Origin: Utricularia gibba
Lineage: Eukaryota; Plantae; Magnoliophyta
Direction: 5' to 3'
Length of the DNA stretch: 64,000 nucleotides
NCBI GenBank assembly: GCA_002189035.1
Contig: NEEC01000025.1
Span: 62,001-126,000 of the forward strand
A program made the position numbers and the translations under genes. Of the stretch, positions 11,389-24,230 are shown in pieces (the first letter of the stretch is position 1; each line of letters starts with the position of its first letter). The notes beneath the pieces were generated by a model, which was not told where the DNA came from, did no database searches, and was given only the letters and a program-made list of their open reading frames with translations.

Positions 11389-14300
11389 CTACAAGGATCC
11401 ATTTTGATGCTTGCTGAAATATTTATGCAATCGTCCAAGTGCTGCCAAAATAAAACCTACAAAGGGATTCAGGAAAAATTTCTTGTATAAATAGTTTTTC
11501 CATTGTAATCACAGACTCCTCAATGCTTTTGCAACATCCCATTTACCTAAGAATACAGGAGAGGGTTTCCCAGGGCGAGACTTGTACTCAGGATGAAATT
11601 GAACCCCCACATAAAACGGATGGTCATCTAACTCCAAAATCTGCATATGCTTTAAAGAGTCAACAATGAACTTTTTTAAAATAAAAATAAGGATTAAATT
11701 AGATAGAATGAATGGCAGCCAGAAGCACAAGAAATGGACCTCCATCCGATCACCACTTTCATCCTTGCCAACAAACTTCAATCCACATTCTTCCAAAGAT
11801 TCTACAATCTCTGGATTCACCTACATTTGAAATACATTCAATGCTTCAAGGCATGCTGACACAATCCTTCAAAAAAAAAGTGTAAATGCAGACCTCATAT
11901 CTGTGCCGATGTCGCTCATCAACATGCTTAACCTTATGGTACCTGGATGTAAGTAAAAAGTTACACATGAAAGCCAAATATTTCTTGCCAACGTTAAGAT
12001 AATCAGTGACATAATTTTGAATTGTCACATCAGAAAGAATGGCTCGACTCATACAGCTTTGCTGTTACACAATTTGGTGTTTGAAACAACGTCCTGCGGC
12101 TTCCAAGTCTCATCGTGCCACCTTTGTAAGCCACTGAACCCTGCAGATGAATTAAAGTTCAAGGTATATATGGAGTGAAGATTTCCAAAATGGACAGTGC
12201 TGTATACTAGATACCTCTGGCATGAAAACCACAACAGGATGTGGGGTCTGATCATCGAATTCTGTGCTGTTTGCTTGTTCCCAGTGTAACACCTGTTGAG
12301 TGAGATACGCAGACAGTTAAATAATTGAAAGGTCCGCTACTGTTTAAATTTACACAGAATCCAATTACATTTCTGGCAATCTCAATGACAGAAATCTGCA
12401 TTCCTAAGCATATCCCAAGGTATGGGACTTTATTCTCTCTGGCATATTTTGCAGCCAATATCATTCCATTCACACCTCGATCACCAAACCCACCAGGAAC
12501 TAAGACACAATCTGCGCTCTGCAAAATATCATTCCATTCTCTCTAAGAAACCATTGAAAATGTGAATGAAGTGTATTTAAACTACCACCATAGCAGTATT
12601 ATTACAAAAAAATAATAATAAGAATGGAGCCAGCGTAAAGAACATTGACAATAAGGTGAGTGCAAGGGCACGTCCAATTCCAAATTCAAACAGGGACAGC
12701 ATACTGAAGGAGTTGAAAAGAGTCAGGGGCCAGTACCCTTAAGGTCTGCCAAGCTGTCTCATGGGTATCGGGTGCCTGAAGACAACAAAATACATGCACC
12801 TGATATAAATGCGTTTGTAAAATGGAGATGTTATCATCTAAGACTCTTCCTTTAAAAACATTAACATTACACTATCGCCTTCAAGATCTGATGCTGCCAC
12901 CCATTCAATTTGTGGCTTAACTGAACATGAAATACAAGCATGCAAAAGAGCCTGAAACCAAAAAAAAAAACGAACTATAAATGCTCAGGGAAGCTAAACA
13001 ACCAACACATTTTGAGCAGCACACAAAATAAGGAACTATTTTTCACCTTCACCACAGATAAATAAGAATCTTGCATGCCAACATACTTTCCCACCAACGC
13101 AATTCTCACCTGCAATATCGATCAAAAACATATCTTTTTTCAGTGCTATGAAAAAAGGAAAGGAAGAAAGACGAATGAACAGTTTGCATCTAACAGGATT
13201 GGTAAGATTGTCAAAAATCTCAGCCCTTTTAGCCCACTCTCCCATATCAGGTAGAATAGCCACGCTGCCAAAAAAAAAAAAAAAAAGAAACAAGAAGGCA
13301 AATTATATAAAGAGATATGATGATTAGCGTTTGCAAAAAAGAAACAAGTAAGCAATTGAATATCAGCTCAAACTCATATTCTCGTCATGCAGAAATAATT
13401 AGCTCGTAAAAAACCTGAACCCAGCGAGTGATTACCTTTGTAAATTCAGGTGTTTTAAGATGGATTTATGAGCTCCTTGATTCTATTCAGATGAAAAATA
13501 TCGTAAATCAAACTCTAGAGAAGCAAAGTAAGGAGCACATCTATTGACAAATGAATCACCTCAAGAAGAAGAGGAACGTGCCAAATGTTTGAAACATTAT
13601 GTACATCAATAATATTGCCAACCTGGCAGACAAAATAGATCAGCATAACCAACAACCTCATGGTTTATGAAGACAGAACTTCCCATGCTTACAGGAACAT
13701 GGCAAAACTGAGCCAATTTTTGCCTTGTACTTTCCAGTAAAGGCTGCCAAATCAAGAAAATAAATAAGTCATGGCAGTCTAAAACAGATGAAACAAAATA
13801 AAACGCATTGTTAGAAAAAATGACGAAACCCAAAGCCTTCATTTTCATGAATCCAATCCCCCGAAAAAATACATTATTAAAATATGGAATACCTGTTCAC
13901 AACGGCAAGCCAAAAAATGAGGAGTCAAACCTAGAGCCCTCAACTCCCTCACGCTATGCTGAGTAGGTTTAGTTTTCTGAAGAGAAATTACACATAGTAC
14001 AATGACTTCTATCGGCAATTCATTAAAACGTCAAACGAAAACTTGCTGTATTTGAAACAATAGCAAAAGAGTCTCACCTGCTCGCCATCCCCGAGAACAG
14101 TTACCAGGCTCACATGAATCACAGAGAAATTATCTTCCCCTGCATCCAGAAGGAAGTGAAACAAGAGAGAAAATGAAAAACAAAATTGAAAGAAAAAATG
14201 ATGGGCTGCGTGGACTGAGAGGTCAAGATCTAAAATACATAAAATGAAGCAACTTTACCAGCAGAGAAGGACAATTGTCCCAAAGCTTCCAGAAAAGCCT

Positions 14301-15318
14301 TAGACTCAATGTCACCTAGAAGAAAAAAAGTGGGATGTTTTTATTATTTATCAAAACCAACTAGAAAAAAGAAAGGTACCAGAACTCACGCAAGCAATCT
14401 ACCACCCACAAATTTACCTACGGTTCCCCCAATTCTATAACACAAACATCTGGTGCACCCTCCTTTCCATCCACAGGAACAACGGACACTGACTGAATCC
14501 AATTCTTAATCTCATCAGTCACATGAGGGATGACCTGGTAAGAATGAGCGTATTCCGCAGTGTTCGTTTCCAGTGAACCAAACAAAAAATCCGACAGCAA
14601 ATAACCTGTACAGTCCTTCCAAGATAATCACCTCTCCTCTCCCTTTCAATCACAGACTGAACAGGAAAACCCATGTAAGGGAAATCGCAAGCATTCATCT
14701 TTAAAAGCAATGGAGACAAAAACACTGACTTGGTATATCTTTCCTGAAGTGATGTTGTGCTCTTTAGTTAATTTAACATCCAAAAAACGTTCATAATTGC
14801 CCAAATCAAGATCCACCTGTTACGCAAGCAAATATAATGTTAAAAATACTTCCCAAAGACATTTCTTTTTTACATTAAATAGCAGTAGCACCAAAAAAGA
14901 AACTTCAACAAAGACACTGAACCTCTCCACCATCGTCAAGAACAAAAACCTCCCCGTGCTCAAATGGAGACATGGTTCCGGCATCCGTATTCAAGTAAGG
15001 ATCTGAAAAAAATCAAGAATTCGAAGAGGTGTCATCATCTTCCCAGATACTGTACAATAGAATCCACGCGACAGTGACAACTCCTTCTCTACCCACGTGC
15101 CTCCCACACCAAAGTCTCATCGAAATCAAAGACAACCAATCCATACAGCACAAACATAGAAATAACGCAAAGAAAGTGAAAAGAAAAAAACGAAACAAAC
15201 CGATTTTGATGGAGGTGACGCGAAGACCACAGGCCTTGAGAACGACCCCGACGCTGCTGGCGGTGACTCCTTTTCCAAGTCCACTGACGACTCCCCCGGT
15301 GACCAACACATACTTCAT
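11389..15318 (-). CDS. CTPS: CTP synthase, about 22 exons; apparent 1-bp deletion at 14426-14430
   Basis: [58 protein letters not shown], glutaminase [47 protein letters not shown] reads ELGEP* because the G run is 5 rather than 6. Confidence 0.96.
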
Positions 15319-15835
15319 TTTTCGGATTGAAAAATGGCCGAAAGCGGGAGCAGGAAGTGGAGCAATCTTTTGTCGACTGTCCACGGAACGTGTCTCCCGA
15401 TAGAATCAACAAAGACTACCGAACTCCACTCCCCTCTCTCTCTCCTTTGACGGCCCTCAGCTTTCAACGAATCACTCCTATTTATAGGGACACACACCAA
15501 TAGTGCAAAGCCCTAAACAACCCTTCTATTACATTTTTCATTTGACTATTTTTAATAAAACAAAATAAAAATACTATTATATTGGAAAAATAAATTCCCA
15601 AAAAGAAAAATCCCATAAACACGTGTATTTTGTCATATTTTCCCTAAAAATCAGTATCATAATTTGTTCATTTTTAACTTACAACGTAGCCGAAAGATAT
15701 TTCCAAGATTGAATTTACTATTTTTTACCATACCTTTTTCGAATTTAATTTAATAAAATATTAAAAAAATTATAGTAATAATATCCAAAATGTCCAAAAC
15801 AATACCATTTTTTCATCACACATACTTTATGTAGA

Positions 15836-15885
15836 TTTAGGGTTTAGTATATTACGGTTTTTAACTTTAGGGTTTAGGGTTTTTA
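15836..15885. repeat. Short degenerate interstitial telomere-type (TTTAGGG) repeats
   Basis: tttagggtttag...tttagggtttagggttt: three TTTAGGG units in AT-rich intergenic DNA. Confidence 0.7.
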
Positions 15886-16733
15886 CAACTGAATAAAACA
15901 TCCACAAATTTTAAAAGACGGTGTTAAATAAACAGAATTACAAATGATAAAATTAAAATTTGTAAATTAAACGTGTTATAAAATAATACGATGTTAACAT
16001 AAGTATAAAATTATAGCACTATTAAATTGTAAATTTGGAAGGGGGCGAGGGCATATCGGTAAATATAAAAAAGCATCATTAAATAAAATAGCTGCAACAT
16101 ATTTGTCAAAAATACGTGGATATGATATGGCAAGGTTATCGTCTGAGGCCCAATCAGGAATCAGTTATATGCAAATATTAAATGTTTTTTCATATTTATT
16201 ATACTGTACTAACTCGCAGACGTCATAAATTTTCTTTTTTTTTTCTCAGAAATTTTTTTTTTTACCAAAATATTAATTACTAAAAATAAAGTAATATCTT
16301 TGAAAATGTTCGAGTGACTGGGAAAGAGATTATGTTAATTCGAATATTTCATTTTTAAAAATATTTATTCAAAAAAAAGGAAATAAATGGACCGAAAGGT
16401 GACCGGATTAGTTGAAACTTGAAAAATGGAGCAATAAAGACAAGGAAAATAGAACGTGCCGTGATGGCTGGTCGGTCCTGATCTGAAATGTCACGCGCGT
16501 GATCCCTGTCAAATTTTAATTTTAAATAAAAATAAATAAAATTGGGAAATAAATTAATAAAAATGGAAACTTGGTCGGTTGACATCCGAAGGCAGTGTGT
16601 GGAGGCCGAGTCATGAATGCTAATTATTTCAGTCGGGAAACGAACATGCCTACGGCTATAAATAGTAATTCTATTGTGCCTAAGGAACATAATGGGCTTT
16701 TAGATATTGGGTCTGATGGTTGGGTCTCGGGAA

Positions 16734-16860
16734 AATGGGCTTAGACTACGTGGCGTACGGAGAGGAATAGAGTGGGTCCAATGGGCCTGATGCTTAGGTA
16801 CTATATAATGGGCTTATACGACGTGGCGTACGGGGAATAGTGTGGGTCCAATGGGCCTGA
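16734..16860. repeat. Imperfect tandem duplication, period about 73 bp, in the DUF1645 promoter
   Basis: aatgggctta..acgtggcgtacgg..ggaatag.gtgggtccaatgggcctga occurs at 16734-16790 and 16807-16860. Confidence 0.85.
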
Positions 16861-17029
16861 GTTGGGGGGCGAGGAGAATCGGATTGAAAAGGGAAACGGA
16901 AGACGGGGGGGGGGGGGGGGGCAGAAACCTCTGCCCCAGCGTACAATAATAGCGTGCCTAACAAGATAACTCTGTCACTCATCGGACCTCACCGGTCACA
17001 GTTTGTGGTCAGACCGCTACAGTGTTCCG

Positions 17030-18058
17030 ATGCTTCTCTCTCCACCAGCCGGGGAGTTGGCCGCAGTGGCGGTCGCGGAGTCAATGTGCTTCGCGGACGA
17101 GGTGGAGAGTGCGTGCTCCACTCCGTTTGTGAGTGCTCCTTCGAGCCCTGGACATGGCCCCGTCTCTGGGTACTTCTTCAGTGCGCCGGCGAGCCCGATG
17201 CATTTTCTGCTTTCTGCGGAGAAATCTAAGTCGCCGATGGAGGATTGTGAGCCGGCGTTTCTGTCTTCTGATTCTGAGTTCGAGTTTTCTTCGCTTATTT
17301 CTCCCAACGGAACCAGAGGAATGGCGTATATGACCTCTGCAGATGAGCTCTTTTTAAACGGCCAGATCCGTCCGATGAAACTCTCGTCGCATCTGCGGAG
17401 GCCGCAGGAGGGTATGGATCTGTGCAGGGACGATTCTGCGGTGGTCACCGGTACAATCTTCAGACCGCATTACGCGAAATTCTCTCACCGAAAAACCAGA
17501 TCCATGATGCCGCTGCGCGTGGCACCGCCGGACGAATGGCGAGCATTGCAACTGATTGAAGCGGCAGATCAAGAGAGCGGAGCTAAGGAAGCTGAGTCGA
17601 GCGGAACGACGCCGTCCTGCTCTGCTTCGTCCTCCAGATCTTCTTCCTCTGGAAGAAACTCGAAGAAATGGATGTTCCTCAAGGACCTCCTTCACAGAAG
17701 CAAGAGCGAAGTAAGAGCCAACTCCAAAGACCGGTTCTGGTCAGCAATTTCGTTCTCTACAACCAAAGAGAAAAAAATCCCTCCTGCATCCCCAGCCTTG
17801 TCGCCGTCATCTTCCCGTGACGACAAGAGATCCCCTGCCACCGCCGGGAAACCATTGAACGGCATCTGGCGACGCCGCATTCCCCTATCCGCCCACGGAC
17901 TACATTACGCCGCGAACAGAGCTCAAGCCGAGGAGATGAAGAAGAAGACGTTTCTGCCTTACCGGCCGGGCCTTCTGGGTTGCTTAGGATTCAGCTCCAA
18001 GAGCTACGGCGCCTTCAATGGCTTCACCAGATCTCTGAATCCCATTTCTTCCAGGTGA
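17030..18058 (+). CDS. Single-exon DUF1645-family Ser-rich plant protein
   Basis: SACSTPFVSAPSSP, FFSAPASPMHF, SADELFLNGQIRPMKLSSHL, SAHGLHYAANRAQAEEMKKKTFLPYRPGLLGCLGFSSK; first ATG at 17030. Confidence 0.85.
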   Translation: MLLSPPAGELAAVAVAESMCFADEVESACSTPFVSAPSSPGHGPVSGYFFSAPASPMHFLLSAEKSKSPMEDCEPAFLSSDSEFEFSSLISPNGTRGMAYMTSADELFLNGQIRPMKLSSHLRRPQEGMDLCRDDSAVVTGTIFRPHYAKFSHRKTRSMMPLRVAPPDEWRALQLIEAADQESGAKEAESSGTTPSCSASSSRSSSSGRNSKKWMFLKDLLHRSKSEVRANSKDRFWSAISFSTTKEKKIPPASPALSPSSSRDDKRSPATAGKPLNGIWRRRIPLSAHGLHYAANRAQAEEMKKKTFLPYRPGLLGCLGFSSKSYGAFNGFTRSLNPISSR

Positions 18059-19274
18059 GAATCACCTCCCGATTTCTGGGCTTGTGTTTATAGCCTATTG
18101 CTGCTGTTCATCAAGCATCTATCCATCTATCTATCCCTGATTTCCTTGTACTCTTAAGCGATCCAATCGTTGCACAATGTCTATCATTATCTCCAAAATC
18201 GGCCGCCGGAGCTGAACCAGATGAACGGATAATCCTCTCCATAGCCAATTCTGCAAATTCCCAGAACAGATCGCCTTCCATAGCACCAGATTTGTTCCTG
18301 GATCCATCTGGGAAGGAGGAGATCCTTTTTCTTATAACCTTCTTAATAACTACATGCCTTATTCTCTTTGTTATCAAAACTAAATTCAGGAAGCTTAACA
18401 CATTCTTAAAAAGAGGTACTCTAACTACTCATTGGTTGACCAAATTATGATGAATTTAAGGTTATTCTCAGGCCATAAATCATGAATATTAAGGTAGAAA
18501 AATAGAGTTGAAGAATTTTTTTTATTTCCCAATATAGTTTTGAAGTCATTTTTAATATTGATGTAATTTTATATTTGTTTACTTTTTAATATTTTTAATT
18601 ATTAAATTTGATACCAACTCAATATCAAATAAAAATTATGAAGATATTATCTAAATATCAATGATAAATTATCTCATATATCCTATTTTGAATTATTTGA
18701 ATCAAAAAAATAAATTATGAATTATTGGATAATATGAAAAAAAAAACATATTTTCCTATTTTAATTTCAAAATTATTCCTACTTGATTTTATAGTCTGGA
18801 TTAATTTGATTCCAACATGCAAAAAGGAAAAAAAAGGACATAAATATAATATTTCATTAAATCATTATAATTGAATGCAGTCATTACACAAGTAGACCCT
18901 AGTTGCCCCCACCCTCGTCCTTCCAAGTGGACCCACTGAAATTAACGTGTCCCCCGCCCCTACAATTAAATTATTATTTTAAGTACGGGGGTAAAAAGTT
19001 ACTCTTTTAAAATTCACAAATTGACACCAAACCTTTTAATAATCCCAAACCCCACCCGGGTCCATCCAACACGTGACATGGAGTTCCTAGTGTTGGGGTA
19101 TGCACAAGCTCCATATCCTATCCGGGTTATAGAAATCTGAATATTCAATTTTAATATGCAACTGGAGTTTTAAATAATGTGGTGGTTGGAATAGAAAATG
19201 AAATCATGTACGGGCACGTTCTTCTTTAAATAATAAAGGAAAATTAGGGGAATAATTGTCATGATTTATCTAAA

Positions 19275-19445
19275 TGATATAATTGATCTTTATAATCAGT
19301 ATTTTAATCTTCACTATTTAAAACTATTTATAATTGATTCGAAACACCTATATGTTGGTCGAAAAAATGGAGATCAGTTTTATTAAATTGTAAAACAATG
19401 GGAACCAAATATATCAAATTTTTAAATAGTGATGATCAATTATCA
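19275..19445. mobile_element. Possible decayed MITE/foldback remnant
   Basis: Inverted matches TCACTATTTAAAA (19311-19323) / TTTTAAATAGTGA (19420-19432) and TGATATAATTGATC / GATCAATTATCA. No TSD identified. Confidence 0.3.
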
Positions 19446-19853
19446 CTAATATTTCAATAATTAGAACAAAATATTTTGATATATCAAATTTTGAGAAATA
19501 AATATATCAATGGTGACTAACCATGCTATTTTTATTATATATCAAGAACTAATTGTGATAATTTTAAAAACAATAAGGATGTGTATAGAGGATGCAAATT
19601 GCACTCCATAAGCTATATATAGAGGATGCAAATCCAGTTTTATATTTAGGGTTCCCAATTTTTAACATATATATCATCATGTGACCAGATTTCTAAATAT
19701 TACGATGTCGTTTTGGTTGGTCTTTTTCTTTTTTTCTTTTTCCCTTGGAAAGAAGAATGTTGTGGCGTGGCATGAAGGGAGAGTGATGAGTAACCTATGG
19801 AGGAGGTGTGTGACCACTCAGTCACTGGGGCGCACCAAGGTGGTCTCTGTGCG

Positions 19854-19902
19854 CGTACCCGTACCCGCACCCGTACCCGCACCCGTACCCGCACCCGTAC
19901 CC
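19854..19902. repeat. (CCCGTA/CCCGCA)n hexamer / 12-mer tandem repeat
   Basis: cgtacccgtacccgcacccgtacccgcacccgtacccgcacccgtaccc read directly. Confidence 0.9.
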
Positions 19903-20317
19903 ATAAACACGTACCCAGCAGCCCCAAGGGCCCCATGCCCAAGCCAAGGTACGACGTAGCCCAAAATGGGGGCATCTAAACCCCAAAAACATTCAATATA
20001 ACACATCTTTGGAAGGTGTTGTTCCATCATGAGCGGTTTATCAAAAACCGATTGAATTAAATTCGAATCGTTTTAAAATAGGAGCAAAATGGATTATGAT
20101 CCAAGTATCTAATTTTTGTTCTCACTATTCATTGGTTCAAGGCCCATTTACTGTGTTGAACGTGGGCGGGGTTCTTATGGCCCAGTAGACTTCAGCCCGG
20201 ATGTTGAAAGGCCCATGCCTTTAATGATATTGTTCAATTCAATAGTGTGTGATTTGTGGGTGGTTTTAAAAGGAGCTCGAATACTCGTTTAAGAGGCGGT
20301 GACTCGACTTGGAAACA

Positions 20318-20336
20318 CGTGTCGAGATATAATTGG
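20318..20336 (-). promoter_or_regulatory. ER-stress response element (CCAAT-N10-CACG) upstream of ERDJ3B
   Basis: Minus strand reads CCAAT-TATATCTCGA-CACG, an exact match to the plant ERSE spacing, about 250 bp upstream of an ER chaperone gene. Confidence 0.75.
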
Positions 20337-20587
20337 TGTAAGCGAATCAAAGGTGCTCGCTTATTGGTCGCCGCTCACCGCCACGTAGGAAAACTGCATC
20401 ACTTGCGCAATTCATAGGTTGCGCTTTTCTGTGCACCGCCTTTGCGTTTCCCAGTTTTGCGTGTTACACGCATTTCTTCAGTCAATTGCAGGGCTTCGCT
20501 GATCGTTAATGCTATTCTTTACGGCGGCGGTTGGATCCAGATCAGAACCCTAGCTATTTCGGTTTGAATTTTTGTTGCCCGATTTAC

Positions 20588-23105
20588 ATGGCGCACCGGA
20601 GATCTGAATATTTTGTTCTCCTTTGCGTTTTGTTGCACTGCGTAGTTGCATTTTCGGCGTAAGTCTGAATGTTTAAACGTGTTTGATATCAATGAGCATT
20701 GGAGTTCGCTGACTCTTTTTCTTTTGGTAACAGGAAGAGTTATTATGACATTCTCCAGGTGTCGAAAGGTGCATCCGATGAGCAGATAAAACGTGCGTAT
20801 CGGAAGCTTGCTCTGCAGTATCATCCTGATAAAAATCAAGGAAATGAAGAGGCGAACAAGAAATTTGCGGAAATTAACAATGGTGTGCTTTTAAACTAAG
20901 GCTTTTTCGAGCTTTTTCGCACTGAAATTAATTTTCCGAATGCTTATATCGCTGTAGCTTATGAGGTATTGTCTGATAGCGAGAAGAGATCAATATATGA
21001 TAGATATGGAGAAGAAGGTCTTAAACAGCATGCTGCGGGAGGAGGTAGAGGTGGAGGCGGTATGAATATTCAAGATATTTTTAGCTCGTGAGTCCCCATC
21101 TTAATCTTATGCTAGGTTTTATTTACATGATTTGTACTTTCTTTTTTCAATATATGGCTCTGCTTCTAATTTGCAACAATGCCGTAAAATGCCTGATTAA
21201 TTGTGTGCCTCTTTAAGATAAAAACCATTTCCTTCATGGGTTTATGAAGAAAATATCACAGAGGGTTCCTTGCGCTGAACCTGAATGAATGATGAAGCAA
21301 CATATGTTGCAATGGATGAATCTTTTTCTTAAATCTTTGTTTTTTGTGGAATTTTATTTTATGTTCGTTAAATGTGGATATTGAATGAATCGGCTGCTTG
21401 ACAGTGCATATCTTTTGTAGATTTTTTGGAGGTGGTGGTACTATGGAAGAGGAAGAGAAGGTTGTCAAGGGTGACGATGTAATTGTTGACTTGGATGCAA
21501 CACTTGAAGATCTGTATATGGGAGGCACATTGAAGGTACTCAATAAAACTATGTTACATGACATTCTACAACATCCCTTTGACTTGGATGCAACTATCTT
21601 CATTACAACCTCACCGTTAAGGATCATTTATAGTATCGCTATAGTTCTGGATAGCCTACACAATTGGGTTATTTATAGTACTAGTGTTTTTTTATTAGGC
21701 AAGGTTCCTGCAGTGAAGATAGTTCTTTGAGTAAGGGGAAACTTATTGTTTCATGTGTGTAATAGAAAAATCAAGAAAAACATCATAAAACGATAGCAGT
21801 GAACTTTACATTTAGAAACCGAATTCAAACTTTTCTAAAGCATGCTCTTTATGACAAAGGATATATGGGGAAAAATTCTCATGTGCTTTGATTTGCTACC
21901 ATGAATAACGTTTACAATTCTGATTTTTTCAATGTGGATTTCATCAGGTGTGGAGAGTAAAGAATGTAATCAAACCAGCTCCAGGAAAGAGAAAATGCAA
22001 CTGTAGGAACGAGGTTTATCACAGGCAAATTGGCCCTGGCATGTTCCAACAGATGACCGAGGAGGTATGCATTTTTCCTTGCCACATGCATGATGGAAAA
22101 AGTACTTTGCATATTCTCTAACTATTTGATTTACTGTGTTTTTTACCCTCTAGGTCTGTGAACAATGCCCAAACGTCAAATATGAAAGAGAGGGAGAGTT
22201 CATCTCCGTGGATATTGAGAAGGGAATGCAGGATGGGGAGGTAAGTTTGTTTTTCCTTCTCACAGTTCACTCCTTTGTCTTGTGCGTCGGCCTGTCAGAT
22301 TTTCTTAGTTTTTTAAACTGTGAATTGTTTTCACTTCCACTTTGCAGGAAGTTCTGTTTTTTGAAGATGGTGAGCCAAAAATTGATGGTGAAGCTGGGGA
22401 TCTTAAGGTTTTTTTTTTGTCTAACTCATTTGTCATTAAGCTGATTTACCCCTACACTTGCTTTGATTCTCTTCTCATATTAATGTAGTTTCGCATACGA
22501 ACTGCACCCCATGACCATTTCCAAAGGGACCGGAATGATCTCAAGACAACAGTTCCTATCACCTTGGTAATTTTCTTGCCGTCACACATCATGGGGCAAC
22601 TGATCTGAAAACGACAGTTACTAGTTTCTTGGATCATATGTTTACCCTTGAGATTATCTTTGACACACTGTTTGTCATTTAGGTTCAAGCCCTTGTGGGT
22701 TTCGAGAAGACCCTTCCACATCTCGATGGCCATCTGGTGGACATTAGCTCAAAGGTGAGTAGCAACAACATATTTAAATTGCAATGGGAATCATCCCAAC
22801 AGTTTTGGGCACTCAGACTCTCAGCGAGTGTCGGTCACAAGTGCCTCAAACCTCTGTTGCGTGTTGCCGGGGGAAAAAAAACACACAGCCGAAGCTGTTG
22901 GATATTTGGGATTGGTTACTGAGACTTTTTCTTTCTCCCATTTCAGGTCATAACCCGGCCCAAGGAGACGAGGAAGTTCAAAGGGGAGGGGATGCCCCTA
23001 CACCACAGTAACAAAAAAGGCGATTTGTACGTGACTTTTGAGGTCCTCTTCCCCTCGTCTCTTACAGACGACCAAAAGCAAAAGATCCACGCAATTTTAG
23101 GTTAA
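20588..23105 (+). CDS. ERDJ3B: ER-lumenal DnaJ co-chaperone ERDJ3B
   Basis: Signal peptide [25 protein letters not shown]-domain KSYYDILQV...[12 protein letters not shown], Cys region [28 protein letters not shown]-terminal GEGMPLH...[12 protein letters not shown]; stop TAA at 23103-23105. Confidence 0.95.
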
Positions 23106-24230
23106 CAGTCGGTGTAGCAGGTTTGCTCTATTGTTATTATCATTCACTCTTATGATAAAACTATACCTGTTCCCATGCATTATTCGGATAGTCGTAACAT
23201 GGCAACCCACAGGCAGTTTTGTAGATTATTGCTCTTTGACCGGTTGGTGTCTATCCTCCAAATCCCCGCCGGTCTATTCACCCGGTTGGATCAGGTTATT
23301 TTCTTTTTTCTTTTTTTCAAGTAGCAATAAAAAATATAAAAATATTTATTTAGAAGGAGGAAAAATGAAAGAAAATTGTGGAAAAAAAAAGTAGCTAAAC
23401 CCATGCGTGTGCCGTGGCCTCCGGACACGCGCCGGTGACGTGTCTCTAGAACATCAGTTTGTCATGTTCCGGAGATCGCTTGGCGTATGAAGGAACAGCC
23501 GGAATGGACTGACCGTCCTCGACGTTGATTGGAAAAAATGAATTACGAGAGAGCTGACGTTCTCGAAGTTTCGTCGGCAAAATTAAATCAATATTTTATG
23601 CATACCGAATAAACTGTCTTTGTGGAAATAGGAGTAAATATAGAAGTTGGGACACGCCACGCAAGTGACGCTGGGTCCATTGAGTTTCCGATACGCATGG
23701 GAAATCATCCCGAGTCGGGCGCGAGAGCCCAACTGAAACCCAAATCACGACGCGTCTAGTGAATGAAATTTTGAATATTATTATTTCATTGGTCCTCATC
23801 ACGTCATTGCTCCCGAGAGTAGGGGCTTAACGGCGTCGTTTTGATTTCGATAATTTTGAGGGGAAAAAAAAATCTATACGCAAATTTTTTTTTTTGTTTT
23901 GTTTCTGGTAACACGTTTCTTGAACTGTTTTGTTGCGTTCTGATAGTTTAGAAAATCGACGTGCAAGGGAGGCGGCGTGAGGAGTCTGGTCACCTGTTTT
24001 TTCTTTCCTGGGACACTGTGGATTTACAGGCCTTGAAGCGGCCGAAGGAGTATGGAATAGAAGCTGGGAGATTGGGAGCATTGTAGGGAGCTTGGTGTCG
24101 AGCAATCTCCGTCGGCGTCGCTTCTGATGGAGGTTGTGGGTTAATGCGTGAAGTCATCGTGATTTCCTAGGCGGGAAAACTTGTGATATTCTTCGTATTT
24201 TTTTTCTTTATTTTGTTTGTGGGGTGAGAA

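Noticed and set aside
18111-18401. 96-aa minus-strand ORF downstream of DUF1645
   Set aside because: No family motif; it overlaps the probable 3'UTR and an ATCT microsatellite.
16734-19902. Short repeats considered as a CRISPR-like array
   Set aside because: Eukaryotic plant context, no regular repeat-spacer periodicity, no cas genes.
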